Of a stretch of DNA of 64,000 bases, positions 1-12,719 are shown piece after piece (positions within the stretch are counted from its first letter, which is position 1; the number at the start of each line of letters is the position of its first letter). Source of the stretch: Antedon mediterranea. Taxonomy: Eukaryota; Animalia; Echinodermata. Where the stretch lies: the NCBI RefSeq assembly GCF_964355755.1, contig NC_092674.1, forward strand, positions 19,716,001-19,780,000. The letters are read 5' to 3'. Position numbers and translations under genes: made by a program. Below the pieces are notes generated by a model. It had not been told where the DNA came from. It was given only the letters and a program-made list of their open reading frames with translations, and searched no databases.

Positions 1-346
1 TTACTGAAAAAAATAGATTAAAGAAATAAATGTGTTTATAAATTAAACAGTTTAATTGATTGATTTATTAACAGTTTTGTTACCATGGCTATTTAAAAAA
101 AAAATTTGAACAGATCAGAAATTATATATTAATATTGTTTTGTTGTTATGAAATTATGAATTTTAATGTTAAAACTTTGGCAGAAGAAAGTGAGAATTGA
201 CATGCTTTGTACCCGTAACCCAATAGCCAAGTTTCATGGGCACATACCACAGACAAGCAGATATTTTATGTTGTCAATTGCCATCTCATTATCTATTTTA
301 TTCATATATATTCACATCATATTCAACAAAAACATTTTTTTTTCAG

Positions 347-3300
347 GAACGACACCTGAAGGTCGGAAGGCTTGCAGCCATAAATGTGCAAACAAGGGTT
401 CTTGTGGTCATTTGTGTTGTAGAATTGGAGTGGCTATTAAACCAGCATCAAGATCAAAAGCAGCAAAAAGGCAGCTGGATATGATGAGTGGAACTACACC
501 ATTAAAACAGAAAAGCATGACTTTGTTTTTAAATCAGCTTCATGCTAGGGCTAAGTGTATGCCTCAAATTCAGAGGCGACGAGAAACGCAGGACATTCCA
601 CCTCATACATTTTCGGTAATATATATATATGTATCATCATTTAAGTTCAAAAGTTATTAAAATGTAACAATGAACTGAAATTACCAGGATAAGATAAACA
701 ATTAGAACATTCATATTATTTGATGAAATTAAGTTTTGGTTTCTTTTGTTACAGATGAATCAAGAACAACTGGATGATACTAGAAAGACTTTGATGAATC
801 AAGAACAACTGGATGATACTAGAAAGACTTTGATGAATCAAGAACAACTGGATGATACTAGAAAGACTTTGATGAATCAAGAACAACTGGATGATACTCC
901 AAAGACTTTGAATAAGTTTAGATTTAAATCGAAAAAATGTAAAATGACATCTATATACACTGAACAAATCAACTCGTCAAGTGCTCTTGTATCTGTAGAT
1001 GAAATAATAGACCTTCCACCTAGTGATTGCTGCCAGTCTAGAACACAGTCTTCCTCCAACAGTACTAATAGTTTCAACACAATGCCCAGGTATTCTGCGA
1101 AATCACCAGATAGAGCAACTCCTAGAGATACTGCAGATTTACATACGGCAGAGCAAGGGAATACTCTGGCAAAGAGCAGAGTACAGACCAAGAAGCGAGC
1201 TAATACAGCAATGTTTGGTACACGTCCAGCAAAGACTCCATCAGCCTGTCCAGCAACCCCAGCAAGAGGATGGGAGCATTTAGATGTGTATCATAAAAAC
1301 CGCAGTAAAATCATTCAAGACCAACACTTTTTGGGTAAATTTATTATATTTATATTATTCATTCATTCATCTTTTATTTCGGAAAAGAAAAAAATTCTCC
1401 ATAGTTCAGTAACAAATTAGTGTACATTATTGTAAATATAACAAATATATATATATATGTAGATATATAAAAAAAAAAAAAAAAACCTACGCCACATAGT
1501 CACGTGGTTAGAACAATAGCTTTATCCATCTACCATGTAGATTGGATGAAGGAAAAGCAAATTCATGAATACATTTTATGACAATATTGTCTGACCTCCC
1601 TAAACCTGCACAACATGGCAAACACCACCTTACGTTGTAGTTCGTAGAACGAGCAGATGTGGTTTTCTACAAACATGGTGCTGGCACTGCATGACCTAGG
1701 TTCATTAAGGAGCAGGCGTAAGGCATTGTTGAAGCACACCTTTAGTGCTTCCATAGATTTTACATTAAAATTTGCCCACAGAGAAGCACAGTATAAGTTA
1801 TTACAATATGTTTTAAACAAAAAACACTTTATGTTTTTAGAGCATTTTGAGAAAGTTCTACATAGTGTAATAGCTCTAATGCACAATGACCTGTACTGTC
1901 GTTTGATATCCGTATCATCTTTCAAATCGGGTGTCAAAGTGTGACCCAAGTAATTAAAAACTCTAACAAAGTCAAGTTCCGTCTCAAATAAGTTTAAAGT
2001 GGGAAGCTTTGACAATTTCCTGACTGTAGGACAGAATATTAAACATACATACAGATTTTTTCTTGTTATACAATATATCATGCGTTAATGAGTATTTTTC
2101 ACACATATGAATTAGATTTTGTAAGGCGGAGGCAGATGGTGCAATAAGTACCATATCATCCGCGTAACTAAGGTTGTTTAGTTTTATACCGTGTAATTCG
2201 CATCCATTGCGAGACATACTGAGATTGACAATTAAATCATCCATATAAATATTAAAAAGTAAAGGAGACATAACTCCACCTTGTCTAACACCATTGGTAA
2301 CTGGGAAGTCTCTAGACAATGACTTTAACTACACATAAGGGGGTTCCCCTATTAATCAGTTTCTTGTACAGTGTCCAATGATTAATACGATCAAATGCTT
2401 TGGAGGCATCTAAAAAAGAGGCATAAATCGGGCTACCATTTCTATTATAAAATTCGATTGTCTGTTTGAGAATAAAAATACATGTTTCAGTTGAATGACC
2501 ATTTTTAAACGCATACTATCGGTCATTATTAATATTATTATAATTGAATGTTGTATGTTGTACTTAATTGTTTTTCATCAAAGTGTTCTGAATATGTTTT
2601 TATTTACTACATACAGTATACTATTTACTTTAATTAAACAGCTTGCTTTTTATCTTCTATGTACTGTACCTTTTGTTGTAACATTCAGAGAACACCTCAA
2701 AATTTAGTTTACTTCATACAGTTTGTTCATTAAAGACCCCTTCCCTGCAATTTTGGACGTTTTTTGGAAAATAATACATATATATCACTTTAAAAACATT
2801 AAACCATGTCATTCCTTGTCTTAAATGTACGTTTTATGGTAAATTATGATAAAAAGTGAGAAACAATGCACTACCTAAGTAGCTCGCGGCGATCGACCTC
2901 TCGTGGACGGTCTTAGGCCTAGCCTGGCTAGGCTTAGTTTTGTAGGCCTAGCTGGTAAACATCGGTAACGTGCGAACATCGTACGCTAGCTATATACCTA
3001 GCCTGACGTTGTATAGTTGCTGCATTAATTGTCTTTCTATTTTTGCCAGACTCCGTTGATACAAATTGGGGGAAAACCCGGTATTTTCGCTGAAAAGTTA
3101 GGAGTCTTCCATTTGTTTTGGCCTCACGATCGATCAAAAAGTGGGCGAATTACAGGTGAAAAACAAAAATATCAATCCGCGCGCAATGCATTTTGGGATT
3201 TATAGCGGGCCGCTATAATTATTAAAATCGACTTATTTTTCACATTTTTAACCGTTTAAAGACGAAAAAAGTTATCGCAATAAGACCATATAGTATTATT

Positions 3301-6300
3301 TTTACATTAAATATAGTTTGTGATCTTAAATTAGATCTAAAAAACGTAGGGAATGGGGCTTTAACATATTAACAAGCACCTTCTGATTTCTACTTTTTAA
3401 TTATGTGTTTTATTAAATTGATGCATAGATATTTTTTTTCAGGAGAGAGTTCTGATGATGATCCATTTGTTCTTCCCGAGGTTAATGACATAAATGGTCC
3501 TACCATATTCCCACCAGGTTACAAGCCATTCAATGCACAGACGATCCGACTGGATAGGAAAGAACAGCTGAGCTCAAGTTCAATGCCAGCAGAATATCCA
3601 GATAGTTTCATTGCATCTTCCAGTGGACAACTAGTTCCATGTAGAAAGTTCACCAATATGCCTACATATTCTGATACTTGGCCATTTAACAGACAAGTAG
3701 AGAAAAATCATACTATACCTCAAGAACCCAGCATGCTTAACATGGATATGTCCTTCTCAGAAGAGGAATTTTATCCATCAGAAGGATCTTGTGACATAAA
3801 TGATTTTAAGGAAAATGAAGCCTTGAATGTCAACCAATCAATGGATACAAACAAGCAGAATGCTCCAATAGTATTAATAATAGATAATGATGATGAAGAT
3901 GTTTATTATTTTAAAGAATCTGAGCAAGATGCCCCTATCTGTGAGAAACCAGATGAAAAGTACACCACAGACACAAGATACGGCAATTTTAGGTAATAAA
4001 CACATAGTAATGCACTTGTCAATTGTATGACCCACTATACGACCCCTGGGAGAGGTGCGTCATTTGTCCGATGTGCGTCATACTTTTGAATACCATGACG
4101 CACCCGTGCGTCAAAAAGGTGACTTACCTTTACTGTAGGTGACCATGACGCACCCATTTTGACGCACTGTGACCATGTTGTTTATGATATGGTGGGTGGT
4201 AAAGTGACGGATTGACACACCTTGTTCATTGATGTGACGTACCATCTAGGTTTTTTGACGCACCCCTGCGTCAGTAATTATTTGTAAATGACGCACCTCT
4301 CCCGGGTGTCGTATAGTTGGTCATACAATTGACAAGTGCATAATGAAGACATGAGGTTGTTAAAATGTGGATATGTGCTATAGTTTTTAATGACAATAGC
4401 ATTTGTGTCCTTGTGACTTTATTAATATTATGATTTATTGTCTACAGTAGTCTACAGCAATTATCAATGTATTATTATTTCTTGATTTGTTAATTTTCTT
4501 GAAGCAATGATGAAGTAGGCATGGTGAATGGTGTTACAAGCTCACAATTATCAGATGATTATGATTTTAACTACCAAGAAAGCAAGGTACTGTAAAATTG
4601 TATATACCATCAAGTAAACATTCTAGAAATAATGTGCGATTTACCAAATTTTGCCCTTGCGTAAATTTATATATAGATTCGACAACTACTGTACCCCTTT
4701 GTGACTTATCTGTATATAGTTACTCTTCCTTTACTCTCCAATGGATTCGACAACTACTGTACCCCTTTGTGACTTATCTGTATATAGTTACTCTTCCTTT
4801 ACTCTCCAATGGATTCGACAACTACTGTACCCCTTTGTGACTTATCTGTATATGGTTACTCTTCCTTTACTCTCCAATGGATTTGACAACTACTGTACCC
4901 CTTTGTGACTTATCTGTATATAGTTACTCTTCCTTTACTCTCCAATGGATTTGACAACTACTGTACCCCTTTGTGACTTATCTGTATATGGTTACTCTTC
5001 CTTTACTCTCCAATGGATTTGACAACTACTGTACCCCTTTGTGACTTATCTGTATATGGTTACTCTTCCTTTACTCTCCAATGGATTTGACAACTACTGT
5101 ACCCCTTTGTGACTTATCTGTATATAGTTACTCTTCCTTTACTCTCCAATGGATTTGACAACTACTGTACCCCTTTGTGACTTATCTGTATATAGTTACT
5201 CTTCCTTTACTCTCCAATGGATTTGACAACTACTGTACCCCTTTGTGACTTATCTGTATATAGTTACTCTTCCTTTACTCTCCAATGGATTTGACAACTA
5301 CTGTACCCCTTTGTGACTTATCTGTAGTTACTCTTCCTTTACTCACCAATGGATTTGACAACTACTGTACCCCTTTGTGACTTATCTGTAGTTACTCTTC
5401 CTTTACTCACCAATGGATTTGACAACTACTGTACCCCTTTGTGACTTATCTGTATACAGTTACTCTTCCTTTACTCACCAATGGATTTGACAACTACTGT
5501 ACCCCTTTTTGACTTATCTGTATATAGTTACTCTTCCTTTACTCTCCAATGGATTTGACAACTACTGTACCCCTTTGTGACTTATCTTTATATAGTTACT
5601 CTTCCTTTACTCACCAATGGATTCGACAACTACTGTACCCCTTTGTGACTTATCTGTATATAGTTACTCTTCCTTTACTCACCAATGGATTTGACAACTA
5701 CTGTACCCCTTTGTGACTTATCTGTATATAGTTACTCTTCCTTTACTCTCCAATGGATTTGACAACTACTGTACCCCTTTGTGACTTATCTGTATATAGT
5801 TACTCTTCCTTTACTCTCCAATGGATTTGACAACTACTGTACCCCTTTGTGACTTATCTGTAGTTACTCTTCCTTTACTCACCAATGGATTTGACAACTA
5901 CTGTACCCCTTTGTGACTTATCTGTAGTTACTCTTCCTTTACTCACCAATGGATTTGACAACTACTGTACCCCTTTGTGACTTATCTGTATATAGTTACT
6001 CTTCCTTTACTCTCCAATGGATTTGACAACTACTGTACCCCTTTGTGACTTATCTTTATATAGTTACTCTTCCTTTACTCACCAATGGATTCGACAACTA
6101 CTGTACCCCTTTGTGACTTATCTGTATATAGTTACTCTTCCTTTACTCACCAATGGATTCGACAACTACTGTACCCCTTTGTGACTTATCTGTATATAGT
6201 TACTCTTCCTTTACTCTCCAATGGATTTGACAACTACTGTACCCCTTTGTGACTTGTATATAGTTAGGCCTACTCTTCCTTTACTCACCAATGGATTCGA

Positions 6301-8320
6301 CAACTACTGTACCCCTTTGTGACTTATCTGTATATAGTTACTCTTCCTTTACTCACTAATGGATTTGACAACTACTGTACCCCTTTGTGACTTATCTGTA
6401 TATAGTTACTCTTCCTTTACTCACCAATGGATTTGACAACTACTGTACCCCTTTGTGACTTATCTGTATATAGTTACTCTTCCTTTACTCTCCAATGGAT
6501 TTGACAACTACTGTACCCCTTTGTGACTTATCTGTATATGGTTACTCTTCCTTTACTCACCAATGGATTTGACAACTACTGTACCCCTTTGTGACTTATC
6601 TGTATATAGTTACTCTTTCTTTACTCTCCAATGGATTCGACAACTACTGTACCCCTTTGTGACTTATCTGTATATAGTTACTCTTCCTTTACTCTCCAAT
6701 GGATTCGACAACTACTGTACCCCTTTGTGACTTATCTGTATATGGTTACGCTTCCTTTACTCTCCAATGGATTCGACAACTACTGTACCCCTTTGTGACT
6801 TATCTGTATATGGTTACTCTTCCTTTACTCACCAATGGATTTGACAACTACTGTACCCCTTTGTGACTTATCTGTATATGGTTACTCTTCCTTTACTCAC
6901 CAATGGATTTGACAACTACTGTACCCCTTTGTGACTTATCTGTATATGGTTACTCTTCCTTTACTCACCAATGGATTCGACAACTACTGTACCCCTTTGT
7001 GACTTATCTGTATATAGTTACTCTTCCTTTACTCACCAATGGATTTGACAACTACTGTACCCCTTTGTGACTTATCTGTATATAGTTACTCTTCCTTTAC
7101 TCTCCAATGGATTCGACAACTACTGTACCCCTTTGTGACTTATCTGTATATGGTTACTCTTCCTTTACTCTCCAATGGATTCGACAACTACTGTACCCCT
7201 TTGTGACTTATCTGTATATAGTTACTCTTCCTTTACTCACCAATGGATTTGACAACTACTGTACCCCTTTGTGACTTATCTGTATATAGTTACTCTTCCT
7301 TTACTCACCAATGGATTCGACAACTACTGTACCCCTTTGTGACTTATCTGTATATAGTTACTCTTCCTTTACTCTCCAATGGATTCGACAACTACTGTAC
7401 CCCTTTGTGACTTATCTGTATATAGTTACTCTTCCTTTACTCTCCAATGGATTCGACAACTACTGTACCCCTTTGTGACTTATCTGTATATGGTTACTCT
7501 TCCTTTACTCTCCAATGGATTCGACAACTACTGTACCCCTTTGTGACTTATCTGTATATAGTTACTCTTCCTTTACTCTCCAATGGATTCGACAACTACT
7601 GTACCCCTTTGTGACTTATCTGTATATAGTTACTCTTCCTTTACTCTCCAATGTTCATAAATTGGTTCATTGGTATATGTTTGTAATATGCTTTTACACA
7701 AAATGCCAGTTTCAAAAGAAACCATTTGTTGACTGCTTGTTTGTAAAATTTAGTTTCTGTACAATTAAACACTTTGGCTTACACTCAAGCTCTCACGCCA
7801 TGCACCAAAAATCTCACGCTTTTTCACCAATTTCATTTTTTCAGGCCATGTAAGTTATGGCTCTAAATATTTTGGCCTAGAGATCTCAAGCCAGCAGCAA
7901 GTTCAAACTTGAAATGTATGATGTACTGCATTTTGCACAATTTGTATACAGTACATTTGGGGCACAAATGTTTTGGAAACAGTCCTTTGTATTACACGTA
8001 TATTGCCCACTGATAAATATACAGTGTTGTTATTTTCATTTAATATTCTCACCCTAAGGTTGTTCAAGAGGTTCCCCAACTTGAAAACTTATCAAACCAA
8101 CACATTCCAAACCAGTCATTTTTTGGAACAAATAATTCAGTGTGAGTACTGTATTTTTTAAATGATTTATATGGTATACTCTAATACATTGGATTTTTGT
8201 TGTTTTGTTATTGTTTTACTGCAATAAGGTGTAAATTGATTGTTTCTGTTGAATTACAGATCAATGAATGATGATGGTACTGATAATATGTTCAACAGTA
8301 TTTTTGATGGTATCTTCTAA
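347..8320 (+). CDS. HFM1: 3' part of HFM1/MER3-like meiotic DNA helicase gene (C-terminal Zn-finger and disordered tail); exons 347-615, 755-1334, 3443-3992, 4505-4586, probable micro-exon 7845-7849, 8260-8320; 5' part lies outside the window
   Basis: Exon 347-615 encodes CSHKCANKGSCGHLCCRIGV, matching the C-x-H-x-C...C-x-H-x-CC-x-x-G zinc motif of HFM1/Mer3 as I recall it. The last exon ends ...FNSIFDGIF*, resembling the HFM1 C-terminus. AG/GT sites and phases are consistent when the 5-nt micro-exon is included. Confidence 0.8.
754..909 (+). repeat. Coding 39-bp tandem repeat x4 (MNQEQLDDTRKTL) at the start of an HFM1 exon
   Basis: gatgaatcaagaacaactggatgatactagaaagacttt repeated four times in frame. 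Confidence 0.95.
1357..2520 (-). mobile_element. 5'-truncated, frameshifted non-LTR retrotransposon (LINE) RT fragment in an HFM1 intron
   Basis: Minus strand encodes FLDASKAFDRINH, GVRQGGVMSPLLFNIYMDDL, LSYADDMVLIAPS and FNYLGH in shifted frames. The 3' end has AATAAA followed by a (GAAT)n tail near 1357-1380. Confidence 0.93.
2730..3364. mobile_element. Non-autonomous DNA transposon (MITE) with TTAA target site, Kolobok-like; second copy inverted at ~42997-43558
   Basis: ttaa|AGACCCCTTCCCT...GGGAATGGGGCT|ttaa imperfect TIRs; internal sequence is near-identical (reverse complement) to 43000-43558. Confidence 0.8.
4008..4343. mobile_element. Foldback MITE with ~55-60 bp terminal inverted repeats
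   Basis: atgcacttgtcaattgtatgacccactatacgac...gagaggtgcgtcattt at the left end is the reverse complement of the right end; internal tgacgcac motifs are repeated. Confidence 0.8.
4674..7652. repeat. Intronic ~70-bp tandem satellite, roughly 42 copies
   Basis: Unit ggatt(c/t)gacaactactgtacccctttgtgacttatctgtatatagttactcttcctttactc(t/a)ccaat repeated with few variants. Confidence 0.98.
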
Positions 8321-8409
8321 ACATAGTATAAACAGGGAGATGTAAAATAACATCTCCCTGGTATAAAGTTCCAAACCAATTCTTAATTGCTTGATTAAAG
8401 CAACTACAA

Positions 8410-9372
8410 TAATTGTGTTGAAAGAAACAGATTATTTCAACATCCATCGACTAGTGACTGTAACATATCAATTTGTGAAACTACATACGGAACAACTCAA
8501 ATTATCAGAATTGTGTTGAAAGAAACAGATTATTTCAACATCCATCGACTAGTGACTGTAACATATCAACTTGTGAAACTACATACAGAACAACTCAAGT
8601 TATCAGAATTGTGTTGAAAGAAACAGATTATTTCAACATCCATCGACTAGTGACTGTAGCATAGCAACTTGTGAAACTACATACAGAACAACTCAAGTTA
8701 TCAGAATTGTGTTGAAAGAAACAGATTATTTCAACATCCATCGACTAGTGACTGTAGCATAGCAACTTGTGAAACTACATACAGAACAACTCAAATTATC
8801 AGAATTGTGTTGAAAGAAACAGATTATTTCAACATCCATCGACTAGTGACTGTAGCATAGCAACTGTGAAACTACATACAGGACAACTCAAATTATCAGA
8901 ATTGTGTTGAAAAAAACCAGATTATTTTAACATCCATCGACTAGTGACTGTAGCATATCAACTTGTGAAACTACATACAGGACAACTCAAATTATCAGAA
9001 TTGTGTTGAAAAAAACCAGATTATTTTAACATCCATCGACTAGTGACTGCAACATATCAACTTCTGAAACTACATACAGAACAACTCAAATTATCAGAAT
9101 TGTGATGAAAGAAACAGATTATTTCAACACCCATCAACTAGTGACTGTAACATATCAACTTGTGAAACTACATACAGAACAACTCAAATTATCAGAATTG
9201 TGATGAAAGAAACAGATTATTTCAACATCCATCAACTAGTGACTGTAGCATATCAACTTGTGAAACTACATACAGGACAACTCAAATTATCAGAATTGTG
9301 TTGAAAAAACCCAGATTATTTCAACATCCATCAACTAGTGACTGTAACATATCAACTTTTGAAACTACATAT
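8410..9372. repeat. ~98-bp tandem repeat, ~10 copies, just 3' of the HFM1 stop
   Basis: Unit aattgtgttgaaagaaacagattatttcaacatccatcgactagtgactgta...caactcaaattatcag. Confidence 0.97.
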
Positions 9373-10620
9373 GTAATTTAGATAATTATTACAAATTAAG
9401 TGCAATTAAAAAAAGTGTATTTCTGTAAAGAAAACAATGACATTTTTAACTTAGCTCTAAAATTAAATTAAAGAATGATTAAATAATGCTGATAATTTTG
9501 TTGAGATGTATCTGTACATTACCTTTTACAGTACTGTAGACTACTGTGCTTAATATAATAAAGTTTAATTTTAATGATTCTGTAAATATTAAAATATGCA
9601 ATGTTTAAAAAAAAATTCAAATGATCATAAATTCTATTGTATATAAAATGATGTACAGAACATTAGAAATACTGGCTGAAAATACCAAATGGAAATGTAA
9701 TTTGTTATGTTAATGTGCAATGTTAGTCTAGAAAGTACAAATTTAATTTAATCAATCTGTGTTTAAGATTTTTATTAGTTTCAAATACAAAACAATTTTC
9801 TTGAATGTGATGAGGTGAATTTAGGCACATTTATTTTGAATGCACAAATTCACCAATATGTGTTTGTTTGATTTTTGTATGAAAATACAGTAAAAATGTT
9901 AATCACCAATTTCAATGCATGCAATGATAGTTTAGAAAGTACAAATGTAATGATGATGATGGTATATGCCATTTTTAATTTCAACCTGTTTAAAGGTTTT
10001 TTATTAGTTTCAAATACAAAAAAATGTCTTGAATGTGATGAGATGAATTTAGGCACATTTTTTCTGAATGCACAAACCCACCAATATAGTAGACTACTAT
10101 AGAAAACTATACAAATGTTTGATTTTTGTATGCAAATACAGAAAAATGTTAAATACCAATTTCGTACAAAACCAATCTAACAAAACAATTTTAATAGTGA
10201 TTGTTCCCTAACCTTTTAAAAAAGTAAGGGAACTTGTGAAACTAAAAATTAGATTAACTATTAATTAATGTTGATTAATTTTGTTGAGATAACTATCTGT
10301 CCATACAATACTGTACTGTGCTTATAATAATATGTTTAATTATAATAATTCTGTAAATAATATTGATGCAAATTAGAAAAGAAAAACCAAATAGATGTAC
10401 TGTATTTATGTTAATGTGCAATGTGATATTCTAGAAATTACATTGATTGATTATGATATTAATGCCATTTTTAATCAACCTGTTAAGGTTTTTTATTAGT
10501 TTCAAATACAAATTATCTTCCGTGAATGATTTAGGCACATTTTTTCCTAATGCACAAATATTACAAAACGTTTTTTTTTTTTTTTTATGCAAATACAAAT
10601 GTTAATCACTATAATTTCAA
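9350..10620. repeat. Degenerate AT-rich local duplications (~9350-9920, 9930-10165, 10230-10620)
   Basis: Recurrent blocks tttattagtttcaaatacaaaa...gaatttaggcacattt...atgcacaaa and ttgttgagat...tactgtgctta. Confidence 0.7.
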
Positions 10621-10686
10621 CAAAACAGAAATATATGTTAGCTTTTATTAGTTTACCATTAATCCATGTTAGTACTAATTAGTTAC

Positions 10687-11192
10687 TAAGGGTGTTCAGA
10701 CTCACGGCGTTAGGTTTGTTATCTAACGCAAACCGTACGGTAATCAATGGCGTTAAAATTCAAGGTGTTCAGACACAACGATTCTTGGTCTAAGCAGATA
10801 GAACTATGCATACATTTATGACAAACGCATTACAGTTTACATTGTCTTATTCAAAATAATTTCAAACAAAGGTATTACACGAACAATTATCTGATTAATG
10901 TATTTAATTTATGAAAATATCATATCGCTGATGCCAACTGTAGGCGTACTGTTCTTTATTATTGAAAATCTGATAGTTTGATGTTTAGATATCTCGCTGT
11001 ACAGACGTATTCTGTTGGCCTGCTATAACCGTGGTCGTTTATTTTTATTGGTTAAGGTTAAAATCACTGATGCATTACTGGATTTGCGTTATTAAATCTA
11101 CCCTCTCCGCTAATCCGCGGCCTGGTTCAGCAAAAATATGTACGCCGTTTACATAATGCCACCTTAACGCCGTGAGTCTGAACATACCCTAA
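10687..11192. mobile_element. MITE with TAA target duplication, PIF/Harbinger-like
   Basis: taa|GGGTGTTCAGACTCACGGCGTTAGG ... CCTTAACGCCGTGAGTCTGAACATACCC|taa. Confidence 0.8.
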
Positions 11193-11689
11193 ATCAAAGT
11201 TTATTGAACTGTAATCAGGCTACTTTTAATGTTGGATGGTTCAAGATTTGATCAATTAAAGCCTTGTTACGCCAAAATTAATTGTCTTTTGTACTCAATA
11301 ATATTGAAAAATACAAAGGAAGCTCAATAGAAAATGGAAAAGCAAGGTCGCATTTATTGAACCATAACTATATGGTGACAAAATTGAAAAAATTCATCTC
11401 CTTCCCAAAATATTTTTGAAATCAAATTTTCGTTTTTCAACGTTTATTTTTCACCTTCTTGAAAAACGAAAATTTGATTTCAAAAATATATGGTGACAGT
11501 TATCGGAACCACATCGGAACTATAAATTAGGTCCATGGGGCTATCAGTAATTGTATTCGAAATTAGAAAATTGAATAGTTTGAAATAACATTTTTTTCAA
11601 AATTGTTATTAGGCTAAAGTAGCATAATATCCTGCCAACGCCGTTGTTGTGGTCGTCTCAGCTCATCATCATCAGAGCAGTCGCTAAAA

Positions 11690-11826
11690 AAGGAAGGCGG
11701 TGTCATTTTACACACACCCTTTTCATCATTCCACCGGTCGTCGGGAGCGCAGAGCAGCTCGGCTCGCCCACTTATTACTAGCTGCTAAGTAAGCACACAG
11801 TTAGTGAACTCTTGAATTTGTTTTCG
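11690..11826 (+). promoter_or_regulatory. Possible promoter and non-coding first exon of the PINCH/LIMS gene
   Basis: Locally CpG-rich segment ending in donor-like tcg|gtaagg (11826) or gtg|gtaagt (11840). The PINCH ATG exon begins with a splice acceptor, so an upstream exon is required; this location is inferred. Confidence 0.35.
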
Positions 11827-12719
11827 GTAAGGAATTTGTGGTAAGTAGTGTAATGGTAATTCAGTTCAGATACATAATATTTGATTTATAAGTTAGACGA
11901 CAATTACGTTTTAGGCCCTACTAGCCTAGGCCCTTGGCCGGTTTTATCCAATTGCATGTTGCTGCAGACTGTCCGCCATGCGGTATGTCTACTAGAGGGA
12001 GTTTGTGTCCGCCAACCGGTACCTTGTCAAATTGCCCGACGATTCCATTTTACAGTGGGTAATTACTGTAACTAGTACAATAGCCCGGCGATTCCATTTT
12101 ACAGTGGGTAATTATTGTATCTACAGTGTGGTCAATTACTCGTATTGGTATTACTTATACTGGTATTTAATATACTGTGTGTAGTTTTTTGTTCTATTTA
12201 ATTAATAAATGACCTTTTACAATTGTCTATTGTGATTTTTTTAAACATTGACGAATTAGAAAATATTGGCAACAGAGGGCGCTATTTCTACATTTATAAC
12301 AGAGCTATAATGAAAGAGTAAGTATACGACCAAAGATTTTAAAATCTCTCTGGTAGTGGTACAACACTGTTCTACAATTTTAGTATCCCGTAACAGAGTA
12401 AACCCCCTATTGAATTACAACAATAATACGTTGCATGCTCCTACGAAATTTACGCATGTTTTGGGAGATACAGAATATTTTAGCTTAGTTAACATTTTAG
12501 ATATCCCGACAGTTTTGTCTAAGTACTCTCACATAACTCATTATAAGCCTATGATTATTCATTATTATTATTAAATATTGTTATTATTATTATCTTGCAC
12601 CCTATATAGCTCTCCGAATTTTATCTATAATTATAATTATTGTTTAATCTTAAGTTGTTTTAGGCCCATGTGACATTATGTTTAATTGTTTATTATTATT
12701 TTTACAAAGGAAAACGGAC

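Noticed and set aside
2339-2350. kappaB-like GGGGGTTCCCC
   Set aside because: Lies within LINE coding remnant with no promoter context.
4674-9372. Regular 70-bp and 98-bp arrays as CRISPR-like repeats
   Set aside because: Units are contiguous with no unique spacers, no cas genes are present, and the context is eukaryotic intron/UTR.
11405-11492. Long AT-rich hairpin as a structured RNA
   Set aside because: Most likely a collapsed MITE remnant; no RNA family features.
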